From contig CAVTQK010000015.1 of NCBI GenBank assembly GCA_963736855.1, positions 64,001 through 128,000 of the forward strand: a DNA stretch of 64,000 bases. Direction: 5' to 3'. Source of the stretch: an uncultured delta proteobacterium. GTDB lineage: Bacteria; Desulfobacterota; Desulfobacteria; Desulfobacterales; UBA2156. Below the pieces are notes generated by a model. It saw nothing but the letters and a program-made list of their open reading frames with translations. It was not told the origin of the DNA and searched no databases. Position numbers and translations under genes: made by a program. Of the stretch, positions 1 through 9,769 are shown in pieces (within the stretch, counting starts at the first letter, position 1; each line of letters opens with the position of its first letter).

Positions 1-1128
1 CATGGTGTTTTGTGCAAAATTCAGCAACGACGGCAAATGGTCGGGAGGAAGGCGTTTCCCCAGGACGATGTTGGCGGTGATTTCGATATTCGGATACCGT
101 TGATTAACCTCCAACATGCGTAAAAATGCCTCCTTGACCCGTGATACATCAACCGGTTTTTTTAACAACGCCAGGGTTTCAGGGTCCATGGATTCGAGAC
201 CGAGATTGATGTAGGTGCGATAAGGGAGTCGGTTCAGGCTTTCAAACAGGGATTCCTCGGCCTTGAGCATGGCATCAACGCTGCCGAAAAGAAACAGCCA
301 CGCATCCTTCAGGTACGATCGATCCAGTTCGAAGATATCGCAGGCATTTTCGGCGGCAAATATCAAAAGCTCTTTTCCGACCAAAAGGGCGTCATGCTGG
401 CCTAAAAATACCGCATTGTAATTGGGAAGATCTTGGTCCAGAAACACCTTCATCCGTAACATTTGGGCCATAATGGCATTTTTACTCAGAGGTGTAAACG
501 TATCCCGGGTTTTGAACCTGCAAAATCCGCAATGATAAAGGCAGCCCCGTGCTATGACGACCGGGATTACCGCATAATCGACATGGCGGGTATCCGGAGG
601 AAGGATGGTAATCTTTTCACCGAGAATCCGATGGAAGCGCTCGGATCGATGCTTTAATGCGGCCTCGTTTGCGGTTGAGGCTTTCCGCAAAAAAGCCTTC
701 AAGGGGAGCGGGAGATCCTGTCGGCTTAAAGTGTCGAGTTTTTCAAACAAAGGGTTCAGCCCGGACAGGGCATCTCGGACTGAGGGGGATACAAAGGGGC
801 TATACCTGAAAAAGGGATTCTCATCGTAACTCAGACAAGGAAAATAATATTCTCCTGTGATATCAAAAATGTCGTTGTAGCTGCCGACGGAATAATAAAT
901 CCAGTCGTTTCCCATGGTGCGTTTCAGCCATTCCGCTGGATGCGGCCAATCCCGATGGCGACCCTGAATGTATTTGATCTCTGCGTTGAGGTTGAACTGG
1001 ATCAGGTGTTTAGAAGTTCGAATTTCGTGGTATTGGCCGTGGCGCATGGGCACGCTGAGTTTAATATATTCGCGGACCCCTTCGCGGTTTAAAAATATGC
1101 TCAAATCATCGAAGGCGTACGCTGTCAT
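1..1128 (-). CDS. Radical SAM domain protein (3' end runs off the window)
   Basis: Not in the ORF track. Manual translation from ATG at 1128 gives MTAYAFDDLSIFLNREG..., and the same frame contains ARGCLYHCGFCRFK (CxxxCxxC, ~520-543). Confidence 0.85.
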   Translation of the reverse strand, partial: MTAYAFDDLSIFLNREGVREYIKLSVPMRHGQYHEIRTSKHLIQFNLNAEIKYIQGRHRDWPHPAEWLKRTMGNDWIYYSVGSYNDIFDITGEYYFPCLSYDENPFFRYSPFVSPSVRDALSGLNPLFEKLDTLSRQDLPLPLKAFLRKASTANEAALKHRSERFHRILGEKITILPPDTRHVDYAVIPVVIARGCLYHCGFCRFKTRDTFTPLSKNAIMAQMLRMKVFLDQDLPNYNAVFLGQHDALLVGKELLIFAAENACDIFELDRSYLKDAWLFLFGSVDAMLKAEESLFESLNRLPYRTYINLGLESMDPETLALLKKPVDVSRVKEAFLRMLEVNQRYPNIEITANIVLGKRLPPDHLPSLLNFAQNTM

Positions 1129-1188
1129 AGGCGCAGTTTTTTTGCTTCATTGCCGCCCGGTTTTATCCAGGATTTCTGTAATCCGATA

Positions 1189-1824
1189 TCAACCGGCATG
1201 CGTCGGCGTACCGTTGAGGATCGCTTCAAGGTCTTCCATGCGGTGGAGGTGATAGTCGGCGGACAGTGCCGCATTTTTATAGGCAATGAAGAAGACCCCA
1301 GCACCTTCAGCGGCTCGCGCATCGACATCCGAGTCCCCGACGTAGACGACCTGTCGGGGATCGGTCTGAAAATAAGTTAAAATCTTTTGCAGCTGCTCGG
1401 GGTGAGGTTTTGGGTTGACGACATCCCGGGCGCAAACGATCAGATCAAAATGGCCTGTCAGACCGTGCGATTTGATGACCGCATCCATGGTATCGGTGCG
1501 GTTGGTGGCGATGGCCGTCTTATAACGGGGCCTAAGTCGGGAAAGAAGTGGGAGCAGTCCTTTTTCCATTTCCATTTCCTGGATAAACGGACGGTAATCC
1601 ATCTGTCTGCGGAAGCGCTCCGCCGCTTGATGTTCCTCGTCGTCGGGAAACAGATAACGCATGGATGCCGCCACCGCATGTTTGTGCACGAATGCGAATT
1701 GTTCGGCTGTTATTTCCGGCTTTCCCAGGTGCTGGAGGACCGAGTTGTAATAGGCCCTATTGGCTCGATCGGTGTTGAAGAGGACTCCGTCACAATCAAA
1801 GACAACGATCTTGATACCTTTCAT
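1189..1824 (-). CDS. HAD-superfamily hydrolase (phosphoglycolate phosphatase-like)
   Basis: Motifs FDCDGVL, ATNR, KPHP and YVGDSDVD. Likely start MKGIK at 1824 overlaps the upstream stop (ATGA). Confidence 0.9.
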   Translation of the reverse strand: MKGIKIVVFDCDGVLFNTDRANRAYYNSVLQHLGKPEITAEQFAFVHKHAVAASMRYLFPDDEEHQAAERFRRQMDYRPFIQEMEMEKGLLPLLSRLRPRYKTAIATNRTDTMDAVIKSHGLTGHFDLIVCARDVVNPKPHPEQLQKILTYFQTDPRQVVYVGDSDVDARAAEGAGVFFIAYKNAALSADYHLHRMEDLEAILNGTPTHAG

Positions 1825-2561
1825 TGAGTTGTTTCTTCTTTTCCAGGCAGAGGATCGGACAGCTCTCCATAGACCCATATCCGGATCTCCGGGCGCATGT
1901 TCAGGTCGGTGGGAAAGACGACGACTTCATGATAAGTCCCTTTGGCAGCCTGGTTGTTGATAACCGTCAGCAGGTATTCTTCGGTCGTTTCGCTTTGGAT
2001 TTTCTCCAGGGAATAGGTGACGTTTTTACCCTTGGCATCGGCGAGTTCCGCAAGGGTGAATGGATATTTTTTCTCGGGAATGATGCGGACTGTACCCTTG
2101 ATGGGAAAGCCTGCCGGTCCTCGCAAAATGATCCTGGCCGGTGTGATGGAAGCGAACTTTTCAACGGTTCCTTCGATAACGAAGGCGATATAGGGTTTAT
2201 GGGTGTCGTTGGTGGAAATAATCACCTGCTTGGCCACCCGTCTGCCGCCGTAGCCATAAGTGTTGATTTTTACGGTGATCTGTCCCTCGCCGCCGGGAGG
2301 GATTTGCCTCGAATACGAGGCCGCCGTACACCCTCAGTCTGTTCTGACGTTGAATATTTTCAGTTCTTCGTTTCCCTTGTTGAAAATCTTGAATTGGTGG
2401 TCCACCTCAAGGCCCTCAAGGACGGTGCGGAACACGTGCTTTGGGTTAGGTGCGACCGCATCGGGTCCTTTCAATGCAGGGGAATCTTTTGCAAAAACGG
2501 TTTGAATCGTCAAAATGGCTAATAATGCCGCCAAAATCAGCATGGTTTTTTTTACTTGCAT
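1821..2561 (-). CDS. Exported DUF1573-like (Ig-fold) protein, predicted selenoprotein (TGA 2336-2334 = Sec)
   Basis: Track ORFs 2334-2561 and 1821-2237 are in frame. Read-through gives a signal peptide plus ...IFNVRTD-U-GCTAASYSRQIPPGGEGQITVKIN, matching the 'CGCT...I.PG..G.I.V' pattern of DUF1573. A hairpin follows the TGA. Confidence 0.8.
2306..2321 (-). promoter_or_regulatory. Candidate bacterial SECIS hairpin
   Basis: GCCTCG-TATT-CGAGGC starts 12 nt 3' of the in-frame TGA on the minus strand. Confidence 0.65.
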
Positions 2562-2744
2562 TCAACAGGCTCCTTATCCGGTGAAGCATTCATCGTAGAC
2601 AGGCTATACGGCTTCAACTTCCTTTTCTTTTTATCTTTACCAATAAAGAGTGGATCTGACAAGGCTGTCTTTGATCTTTATTTTCCGACAGATACCTTCC
2701 GCCGGTTGGAAACTTGCGCCCTCTGACCCGAGCCTTGAACCGGA

Positions 2745-5204
2745 TCACATTAGGTCATAGGGATCCACGTCGATGATCACCTGGACGCCGGGAGGCGGAC
2801 GCATTCCCTTGCCATGGATCATCAAATCCGAAACAAACCGATTCAGTGTGGAGACTTTCCGGCTTTTTAAAAGGATATGCCATCGGAATCGGCCGGCGAT
2901 TTTAGAAAGCGGTGCTTCTATGGGACCCAATACCATTAATTCTTGCATACGGGCTTTGGTTCCGGTTTTCAGGCCGCGACACGCCGATCCCAGCTCCACG
3001 GCCCACTTTCGGGTCTTGTCCACATCTTTCCCCGATACCTTGAAGGCGATGATACGGGAAAACGGCGGATAGTCTAAAGACTTGCGGAACCGAATCTCCT
3101 GGTTATAAAAACGTTTAAAATCCTGGTCTCTGGCTGAGATAATGCTGAAATGGTCGGGGTTGAAGGTCTGAAGGATCACCCGGCCGGGTTGATCACCGCG
3201 GCCGGCCCTGCCGGAGACTTGGGCGAGTACCTGGAAGGTCCGTTCCGATGCCCTGAAGTCGGGGAAATTCAAAGATGAATCCGCGCAGATGATCCCCACC
3301 AGGGTGATATTCGGGAAATCGTGGCCCTTGGCGACGATCTGCGTGCCGATCAGGATATCGATAGCTCCGGTTTTCAACTCCGTCAGCAGTGACAGAAGTG
3401 ATCCTTTCTTTCGCGTGGTGTCCCGGTCCATCCGAGCCACATTCGCCTCAGGAAACAGGGTCTTAACGGCGGCTTCCAGTTTTTCTGTGCCCATTCCCAA
3501 GTTTTTAATCGTTCCGGACCCGCAAAGATCGCACGGACCGTCGGCCTGCCGGGTGTATCCACAATAATGGCAGACATGGAGGTTGTCGCCTTTATGATAG
3601 GTCAAAGAGATATCGCAGTGTCGGCAGGTGACCGGCTTCCCGCAAACCATACAAATCGGAAAACCGGCGAACCCCCGGCGATTGAGAAAAAGGAGGACCT
3701 GCTCGCCCTTGTCGAGGGTTTGTTTCATGGCGCTGACAAGCGCATCCGTTAAATGGCGACGGGCGCCGCGTCGGTGTCGGGATTCCTTTAAATCCACCAC
3801 CGTCACTTCCGGAAGCTTTCGCTCTTCAATTCGGCCGGGTAACTCCAAACCAACGAACTTCCGGGCTCGGACGTTAAAGTGGGACTGAATCGACGGAGTT
3901 GCGGATCCCAAAAGCGCGATGCTCTTTCCGAGCATGGCCCGAACCACCGCCAGATCCCTGGCCTGGTAGTGGAGGTCCGTTTCCTGTTTGTAGGATGTGT
4001 CATGCTCCTCGTCGACGATGATCAGACCGATGCGTTTGAGAGGGGCAAAAACAGCCGATCTGGCACCGATGGTCAGATGAGCGTCTCCTTTGAGGATGCG
4101 CATCCACTGGTCGCGGCGTTCACCCTTAGACAGGCCGCTGTGCAGTACTGCCACCTGGTTGCCGAATCGCGCCCGAAAGCGCCTTTCCGTCTGGGATATC
4201 AGGGCGATCTCAGGGACCAGGATCAGGGTGGATTGGCCACGGTTCAGGGCTTCCGCCGCCAGATGCATATACACCTCGGTTTTTCCGCTTCCGGTCACTC
4301 CTGCGAGCAGGAAGGTCTGATACCCCTTTCCCATAGCCGAAAGGACCGCTGTAACTGCGCTTTCCTGGGAATCGGTCAAACGAAGCTCCCGATCCGGTGC
4401 GACAGGTTCACCGAAGGGGTCCCGATAAGCTGTTTTGGAATAGACCCGTATCCAGCCCTCCCTTTCCAGAGATGGGATCAGGCGTGAAGCATTCCGGACA
4501 ATATCAAAAAGCGCTCGAACCGGTGCCTCCTTGAGATCTTCGAGGGCGGAAAGGATTTGTTTCTTAGCCTTGGAAATCTTGCTTGTGGATGGGAGCGGAT
4601 TGACCAGAGCGACGTATCGTTCCTGTTTGACCCCTACGGGCCCTTTGAGCACCTTTTCCTTTTGGATCCAGCCGAGATTTTTCAGGGGGTGTAACCGGGC
4701 TTCTCGAAAGCGATTCTTCAGGATCTGCTTAAAAGTGGTGGGCTTCACAGGGCCGGTTTTCAAAAGGCCTAATATGTGCAGGTCCTCCGGATTCGCATCC
4801 CCGGATTCCAGAATGCTGCGCCCTTTTTCAGTCAGAGAAACCATGTCCAGATCATGCACGGCGATGCCGGATGGAAGGGCGCACGCGACGACTTCTCCTA
4901 CAGGGTGCAGGTAATATTCGGAGATCCATTTGAAAAACGGGACCATATCCGACGGAAAGAGAGGAAGCGGGTCCAGCACATCCAGAATCGACTTGATCTC
5001 GAGAGATTCGATGCTTTCAGAGGTTCCCAGGATATATCCGCTCAGACGCCGCCGGCCAAAGGGAACCAGGACCTTTACCCCCGGTTCAACGGCTCCTATG
5101 GAAGCGTTGGGAATCCGGTAGGTAAAGGTCTGGTGAACCGGAAGAGGAATCGCGACCTCGACGAAGGTTGATCCAGGATGTTCGGGTTTTTTCTTGACTT
5201 GCAT
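2745..5204 (-). CDS. priA: Primosomal protein N' (replication restart helicase)
   Basis: GVTGSGKTEVY, DEEHD.SYKQ, four CxxC pairs, KGHDFPN, QVSGRAGR, C-terminal DVDP. Start may be 5204 or 5222. Confidence 0.97.
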   Translation of the reverse strand: MQVKKKPEHPGSTFVEVAIPLPVHQTFTYRIPNASIGAVEPGVKVLVPFGRRRLSGYILGTSESIESLEIKSILDVLDPLPLFPSDMVPFFKWISEYYLHPVGEVVACALPSGIAVHDLDMVSLTEKGRSILESGDANPEDLHILGLLKTGPVKPTTFKQILKNRFREARLHPLKNLGWIQKEKVLKGPVGVKQERYVALVNPLPSTSKISKAKKQILSALEDLKEAPVRALFDIVRNASRLIPSLEREGWIRVYSKTAYRDPFGEPVAPDRELRLTDSQESAVTAVLSAMGKGYQTFLLAGVTGSGKTEVYMHLAAEALNRGQSTLILVPEIALISQTERRFRARFGNQVAVLHSGLSKGERRDQWMRILKGDAHLTIGARSAVFAPLKRIGLIIVDEEHDTSYKQETDLHYQARDLAVVRAMLGKSIALLGSATPSIQSHFNVRARKFVGLELPGRIEERKLPEVTVVDLKESRHRRGARRHLTDALVSAMKQTLDKGEQVLLFLNRRGFAGFPICMVCGKPVTCRHCDISLTYHKGDNLHVCHYCGYTRQADGPCDLCGSGTIKNLGMGTEKLEAAVKTLFPEANVARMDRDTTRKKGSLLSLLTELKTGAIDILIGTQIVAKGHDFPNITLVGIICADSSLNFPDFRASERTFQVLAQVSGRAGRGDQPGRVILQTFNPDHFSIISARDQDFKRFYNQEIRFRKSLDYPPFSRIIAFKVSGKDVDKTRKWAVELGSACRGLKTGTKARMQELMVLGPIEAPLSKIAGRFRWHILLKSRKVSTLNRFVSDLMIHGKGMRPPPGVQVIIDVDPYDLM

Positions 5205-5294
5205 CAGTGGATCTCTTAGCAATCCTTTATGGCTTTATAACCGAAAAGATTCCACTCTTTTATCCGGGAAGGCATATTTCTTTGGACCTTTGTC

Positions 5295-5407
5295 TTAATG
5301 GCTTTGTAAAAAGCCGAAAATGAACCGTATTCCAGGTAATTCGAACGGTTAGAAAAAGCCTGGACCCCGGTTTTAAACGGGGCCGACAACTTTTACGAAA
5401 TCATCAA
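5295..5407. repeat. MITE-like element, type C core (degenerate TIRs, internal REP-like hairpin)
   Basis: Ends TTAATGGCTTTGTAAAAAG / CTTTTACGAAATCATCAA resemble the TIRs of the 14086, 54476, 54672 and 57152 elements. Internal CCCCGGTTTTAAACGGGG. Confidence 0.6.
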
Positions 5408-5504
5408 CCAGTAATGGTTCAAGAAACGAAATATTGGCATAAACGGGCAAAAGAATCCATGGTTCTTATAAATACTCCTATCCAGAATCGAGATCGAGAC
5501 CTCT

Positions 5505-6197
5505 ATGGATTCGCGCTATTTGCAACCTACCGCCATCATCGATAGCGACCATGCGGCCATCCGCCGATATGCGGATGAAACCGTCGGGGGAATCGGCGAT
5601 GACGCGAAAGCCAAAGCCGTGCGTCTTTATTACCGCGTGCGGGATGAAATCTGGTACGATCCATACACCCCCTTTTATCGCCCGGAACATTATCGCGCCA
5701 GTTTCATCCTTTTGCGCCAGAGGGGATTTTGCGTACCCAAGGCTTCCCTTCTGTGTGCGCTGGGAAGGGCATGCGGGATCCCCACGCGGATCGGGTTTGC
5801 CACCGTTCGCAATCATCTGGCCACACGCCAGTTGATCGATTACATCGGAACGGACCTGTTCGTCTACCACGGTTATGTGGAGTTTTATCTAAACGGGGCA
5901 TGGATTAAAGCAACCCCGGCATTCAATAAACAGCTCTGTCGGAGACATAATGTGGAACCCCTCGAATTCGACGGCAACCGGGATTCTATTTTTCAGCCTT
6001 ATAATAGCAATAATCAGCTATTCATGGAATACGTGGCCGATCACGGGACCTTTGCCGATATTCCGGTTGAAGAGATTATTTCCGCCTGGAAAAAAGCCTA
6101 TGGTGAAGATCGGATGAATCGTTGGATTGCCGAGTTTGAAGAAAATCAAGGCGTTTTGCATAGAAACTTTTTAAAGGAAGATGTGGTGAAAGATTAA
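5505..6197 (+). CDS. Transglutaminase-like family protein
   Basis: YYRVRDEIWY, GFCVPKASLLCALGRACGIP (catalytic Cys), YHGYVE, WIKATP. Confidence 0.9.
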   Translation: MDSRYLQPTAIIDSDHAAIRRYADETVGGIGDDAKAKAVRLYYRVRDEIWYDPYTPFYRPEHYRASFILLRQRGFCVPKASLLCALGRACGIPTRIGFATVRNHLATRQLIDYIGTDLFVYHGYVEFYLNGAWIKATPAFNKQLCRRHNVEPLEFDGNRDSIFQPYNSNNQLFMEYVADHGTFADIPVEEIISAWKKAYGEDRMNRWIAEFEENQGVLHRNFLKEDVVKD

Positions 6198-6491
6198 AAG
6201 ATGATTGACATCGACCTGCGGAATCCGCTGCGCCTGACGGCCACGCTGAGATCTTGACCCGGATAACCATTTTCCGGTATTCCACATTCTCCCTGCCCTG
6301 GCGCATATCAAAGGGTTTATCCATGTGATCCAATCCCAGAAGAAAGCCAAGTGGGCGGGATGAGGAGTGCCCATACCCCTCTTTCAGCAGTCAGGGTTGT
6401 TCGAAGTCCCTGAAGCAGATTTTTAGAATTCGGAAGACCATTATCAGTTTGTAATGCTTTCCAATAATGGTTCGTTTTGACGAAGGAAATC

Positions 6492-7772
6492 ATGACGAAG
6501 GATACCTGTAATACGATCCGGGATCCACACCGGTGGGTGGTATTTTTAACCATCTGCCTGGTTTACTTCTTCGTGTATTTTCACCGGGTCTCCACATCGG
6601 TGATTGTATCGGATCTAGTGGAAACATTTAAAATCGATGCCACCGCATTGGGGTTCATGTCATCCATGTATTTTTACCTTTACGCGCTGGTCCAGCCCCT
6701 GGTCGGCCACCTGACGGACCGAATCGGCCCGCGGCGGGTGATCGGATGGTGGAGCATCACCGCCGCAGCAGGGTGTATCCTTTTCGGGTTGGCGCCGAGC
6801 ATCGGGTGGGCGACCGTTGGCCGGGGCCTCATCGGTTTCGGAGTCGCGGGGGTTTATGTGCCGGCTATCAAGGCTTTTTCCCTGTGGTTTCAAAAGAAGG
6901 ATTTTGCCACCATGGTCGGGTTTCTCTTGTCCGTGGGCAACTTGGGTGCTGTGATCGCCACCACACCCCTGGCATGGGCAGCCGGCACCTTTGGATGGCG
7001 TCCAACCTTTTTTCTCATCGGCGGAGTGACTCTGGCGCTGGCCCTGATCACGCTGTTCTTTACCCGGGATTATAAAAGCCCATCAACCGGAAATCCGGCG
7101 GTGGGTCCTCCGGTACCTGAAGAAAAGCCAGGGCCGCAGCCGGGCTTTCTCAAAGTGCTGGCATCTGTCGATTTCTGGATCATCGCTATGATTTTCTTCG
7201 GAATTTACGGCACGCTGGTGACCCTTCAGGGGCTTTGGGCCACCCAGTTTCTGATGACGATCCTCAATGTGGACCGGATCTACGCCAGCAACCTCAACAT
7301 GGTGATTCCCATCGGCGTCATCATCGGCGCTCCCGCAATCGGTTGGTTCAGCGATCGCTTTTCTCTAAAAAAGGAAAAGGTCTTGATCGGAATCGTGGTC
7401 GTTTATGCCCTGACATGGGCGGGGATTCTTTTTTTCGGCGCTTCTCTTCGAGCATTCGGCATGGCAGCGGTTTTCATGGTGATGGGAATGGCTATAGGCG
7501 GGTTCATCACTGTACTCTGGGGGCTTGTCCGGGAAACTACGCCCTCAGGAATCCTGGGGTTGACTTCGGGCATGCTCAATCCCGCCCCGTTTTTCGGCGT
7601 GGCCGCCTTCCAGGTTCTAACCGGCGCGATTCTGGATCGGGCTGGGAGAATCAACAACCTTTACTCACTGTCAGGTTTTAAAAGCGCATTTTTGGCGTGT
7701 CTGGCCTGCATCCTAATCTGTCTGGTTCTGTCGATTTATTTACAAAGACGCATCGGACGCAGATCCTCCTGA
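6492..7772 (+). CDS. MFS transporter
   Basis: About 12 hydrophobic segments and MFS motif A GHLTDRIGPRR. ATG 6492 follows AAGGAA. Confidence 0.92.
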   Translation: MTKDTCNTIRDPHRWVVFLTICLVYFFVYFHRVSTSVIVSDLVETFKIDATALGFMSSMYFYLYALVQPLVGHLTDRIGPRRVIGWWSITAAAGCILFGLAPSIGWATVGRGLIGFGVAGVYVPAIKAFSLWFQKKDFATMVGFLLSVGNLGAVIATTPLAWAAGTFGWRPTFFLIGGVTLALALITLFFTRDYKSPSTGNPAVGPPVPEEKPGPQPGFLKVLASVDFWIIAMIFFGIYGTLVTLQGLWATQFLMTILNVDRIYASNLNMVIPIGVIIGAPAIGWFSDRFSLKKEKVLIGIVVVYALTWAGILFFGASLRAFGMAAVFMVMGMAIGGFITVLWGLVRETTPSGILGLTSGMLNPAPFFGVAAFQVLTGAILDRAGRINNLYSLSGFKSAFLACLACILICLVLSIYLQRRIGRRSS

Positions 7773-8098
7773 AGTGAAAATTATCTGATCAAGTTACATT
7801 TTTCAAAAAGTTCCGGGCAGTTCTATATCTTGTATAAAAGACCGATAACCGTTTTTAGTTTTTCTTGATCTACATGGTTAGAAGATTCCGATCACTTCGT
7901 TCAGCTTTTTCACCAGTTGCCCATACCCTTCATGAATAAAAGCCCCAAGCTGAGCAATGAGGGAATACGCAAAAGCAAATTACGTAACGGTACACGGCAG
8001 TTGTGAAACGGCTGACAATGAATAGTGATTTACTTTTATTTCAAAACCGATACCCCCTTGTCTTGCCTTCAATCATCATTACTGTGACCAACGGCATC

Positions 8099-8671
8099 TC
8101 AATCCTCCTTCATGCACGGCTGTTGGGTAAGAAGGGCGTGACCCGCCTTTCCGGGACGCTTCTTTTCAATGAATGGATTTACAGTGATTCTCTTCCTGGC
8201 TTCCCAGTAATCCAGATGTTGACCTTCTCCAACATCTATAGTTCCAGGACCGACGATTTCATAACCGATAGCTTCATAGAACCTTCTGGACGGAAGTGAA
8301 ACGGATAATGTTATCTGATCCAATCCTTTTGTTTTAGCTACTCTTTCCAATTCATTCATGATGAGTTTGCCGTAGCCGCAATGCTGGTTTATGGGCGAAA
8401 CAAAAACGCCAAGCACCTCATTGCCGACCAATGCTCCCGTCGCCGCTATCGCAAGGTTCTTTTCGAAGATAAGAATTTTGCCCTTTTGGCTTCGCTCACG
8501 GATTTTTAGATTAGAATGGAAGTCTTTGAAAAACTGAACGGCGCGTTCAGGGTAAACCTTGGAGTAGGAAACGTCGATAGTGTTGTGAATCATTCTGCGA
8601 AGGGAATTCAAGTCTGAAAGCAAGAAATCTCTAAGACCCATTTTCCTCTGGCTTAAACCGTTTCCCTTCAA
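8099..8671 (-). CDS. GNAT family N-acetyltransferase
   Basis: VFVSPINQHCGYGKLIM (motif A) and RRFYEAIGY. Start may be ATG 8641. Confidence 0.85.
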   Translation of the reverse strand: MKGNGLSQRKMGLRDFLLSDLNSLRRMIHNTIDVSYSKVYPERAVQFFKDFHSNLKIRERSQKGKILIFEKNLAIAATGALVGNEVLGVFVSPINQHCGYGKLIMNELERVAKTKGLDQITLSVSLPSRRFYEAIGYEIVGPGTIDVGEGQHLDYWEARKRITVNPFIEKKRPGKAGHALLTQQPCMKED

Positions 8672-8769
8672 AGCGAATGCCTGAAGTTTGCAAAAGCCCT
8701 TTGGCGGCGGGAGAATCTTTCAATATTTTTCCTATTGGAATCCATTTATGTAAATAAACAGGAATGCCA

Positions 8770-9219
8770 CTATTTGAAATTCTTTTTTCTGATATATAAG
8801 ATTTTAACCACTTGGGCTATTTTCTCCCCTGCTTCATTCTTAATATCCACTGAAAACTCGGCAAAATATTTCTGTCCCCCTGAAGTGTTACAGATTATTT
8901 TTTCGATTTGTTCTTTATTGATTAAAAAATCTGCAGTGACAGTTCCCTGGCCCGGCTTGATAAAATCAATGTGCGCTTCTTTATCCCAGACAATATACTC
9001 TTTTCCTAATATCTGGATCAACATCAACATATAGAAGGGATCGGTCATTGCATATAAAGATCCTCCGAAATGGGTTTTGACATAATTTCGGTTGTACCAC
9101 CTCATCTTCATCCGTACGCATATTTCTCTAAAATCTGGAGAAATGCTCCTGACGGTAATTCCTGTTCCCCAGTAGGGGGGATATAAATTTATTAAAAGTT
9201 TAAGGTAACCGGGACCCAT
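8770..9219 (-). CDS. Hotdog-fold thioesterase-like protein (DUF4442/YiiD-C like)
   Basis: NLYPPYWGTGI, NRNYVKTHFGGSLYAMTDP, WDKEAHIDFIKPG. Confidence 0.85.
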   Translation of the reverse strand: MGPGYLKLLINLYPPYWGTGITVRSISPDFREICVRMKMRWYNRNYVKTHFGGSLYAMTDPFYMLMLIQILGKEYIVWDKEAHIDFIKPGQGTVTADFLINKEQIEKIICNTSGGQKYFAEFSVDIKNEAGEKIAQVVKILYIRKKNFK

Positions 9220-9490
9220 TTTTATTTCTAAAGCATCCGCGATAATTTCTTTGTCAAAAAAAGAGTTCGCTATATGGGATCAAAATCAACATGACGGTCC
9301 TTCAATCATTCTGGACATAACATGATCCTTGCCTGTTTTGCTACCCAATACCTAAGCAATGTAAGGGATGCCGCCGTTACGGATGGCCGGTTGATGTCTC
9401 GGAATCTTATTCAAAGGAATAAATACGGAAACGGTAAGCTCACTTATGAGCCCCCTGGAATCTCATCATCCGGTAAGAAAATTTTTCAGA

Positions 9491-9727
9491 TTATCGATCC
9501 GGGCGCCATTTGATTTGAAATTCAATTTCTTCCTCTGAAGCGTCGCGCTCGTGCTCAATATTGATCACGGCATTCGGTGGTATTAAAATCCGCTCTCCCG
9601 CCACCTGTATCCGAAACCGATTTCCCTTTTCAATGCAGTCCGCCAGTCGTCTGAGCTTTTTAGCAAACTGTCGGTTTGGATAGTTCTTCTCAATATCCCT
9701 TTTCCGTTTTTTATTTTTTTCCAACAT
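9491..9727 (-). CDS. Amphi-Trp domain protein
   Basis: KLRRLADCIE amphipathic helix and C-terminal EEIEFQIKW. Confidence 0.8.
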   Translation of the reverse strand: MLEKNKKRKRDIEKNYPNRQFAKKLRRLADCIEKGNRFRIQVAGERILIPPNAVINIEHERDASEEEIEFQIKWRPDR

Positions 9728-9769
9728 AGAATTTAATCCTCCGATTGAGACTGTTCGTTGACGCAGAGA

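Noticed and set aside
1824..2522. 232-aa + strand ORF
   Set aside because: Antisense shadow of the DUF1573 selenoprotein gene; its openness is consistent with one continuous gene on the opposite strand.
7875..7975. Short minus-strand coding-like fragment (..LGAFIHEGYGQLVKKLNEVIGIF*)
   Set aside because: An in-frame TAA lies just upstream and there is no start or recognisable family.
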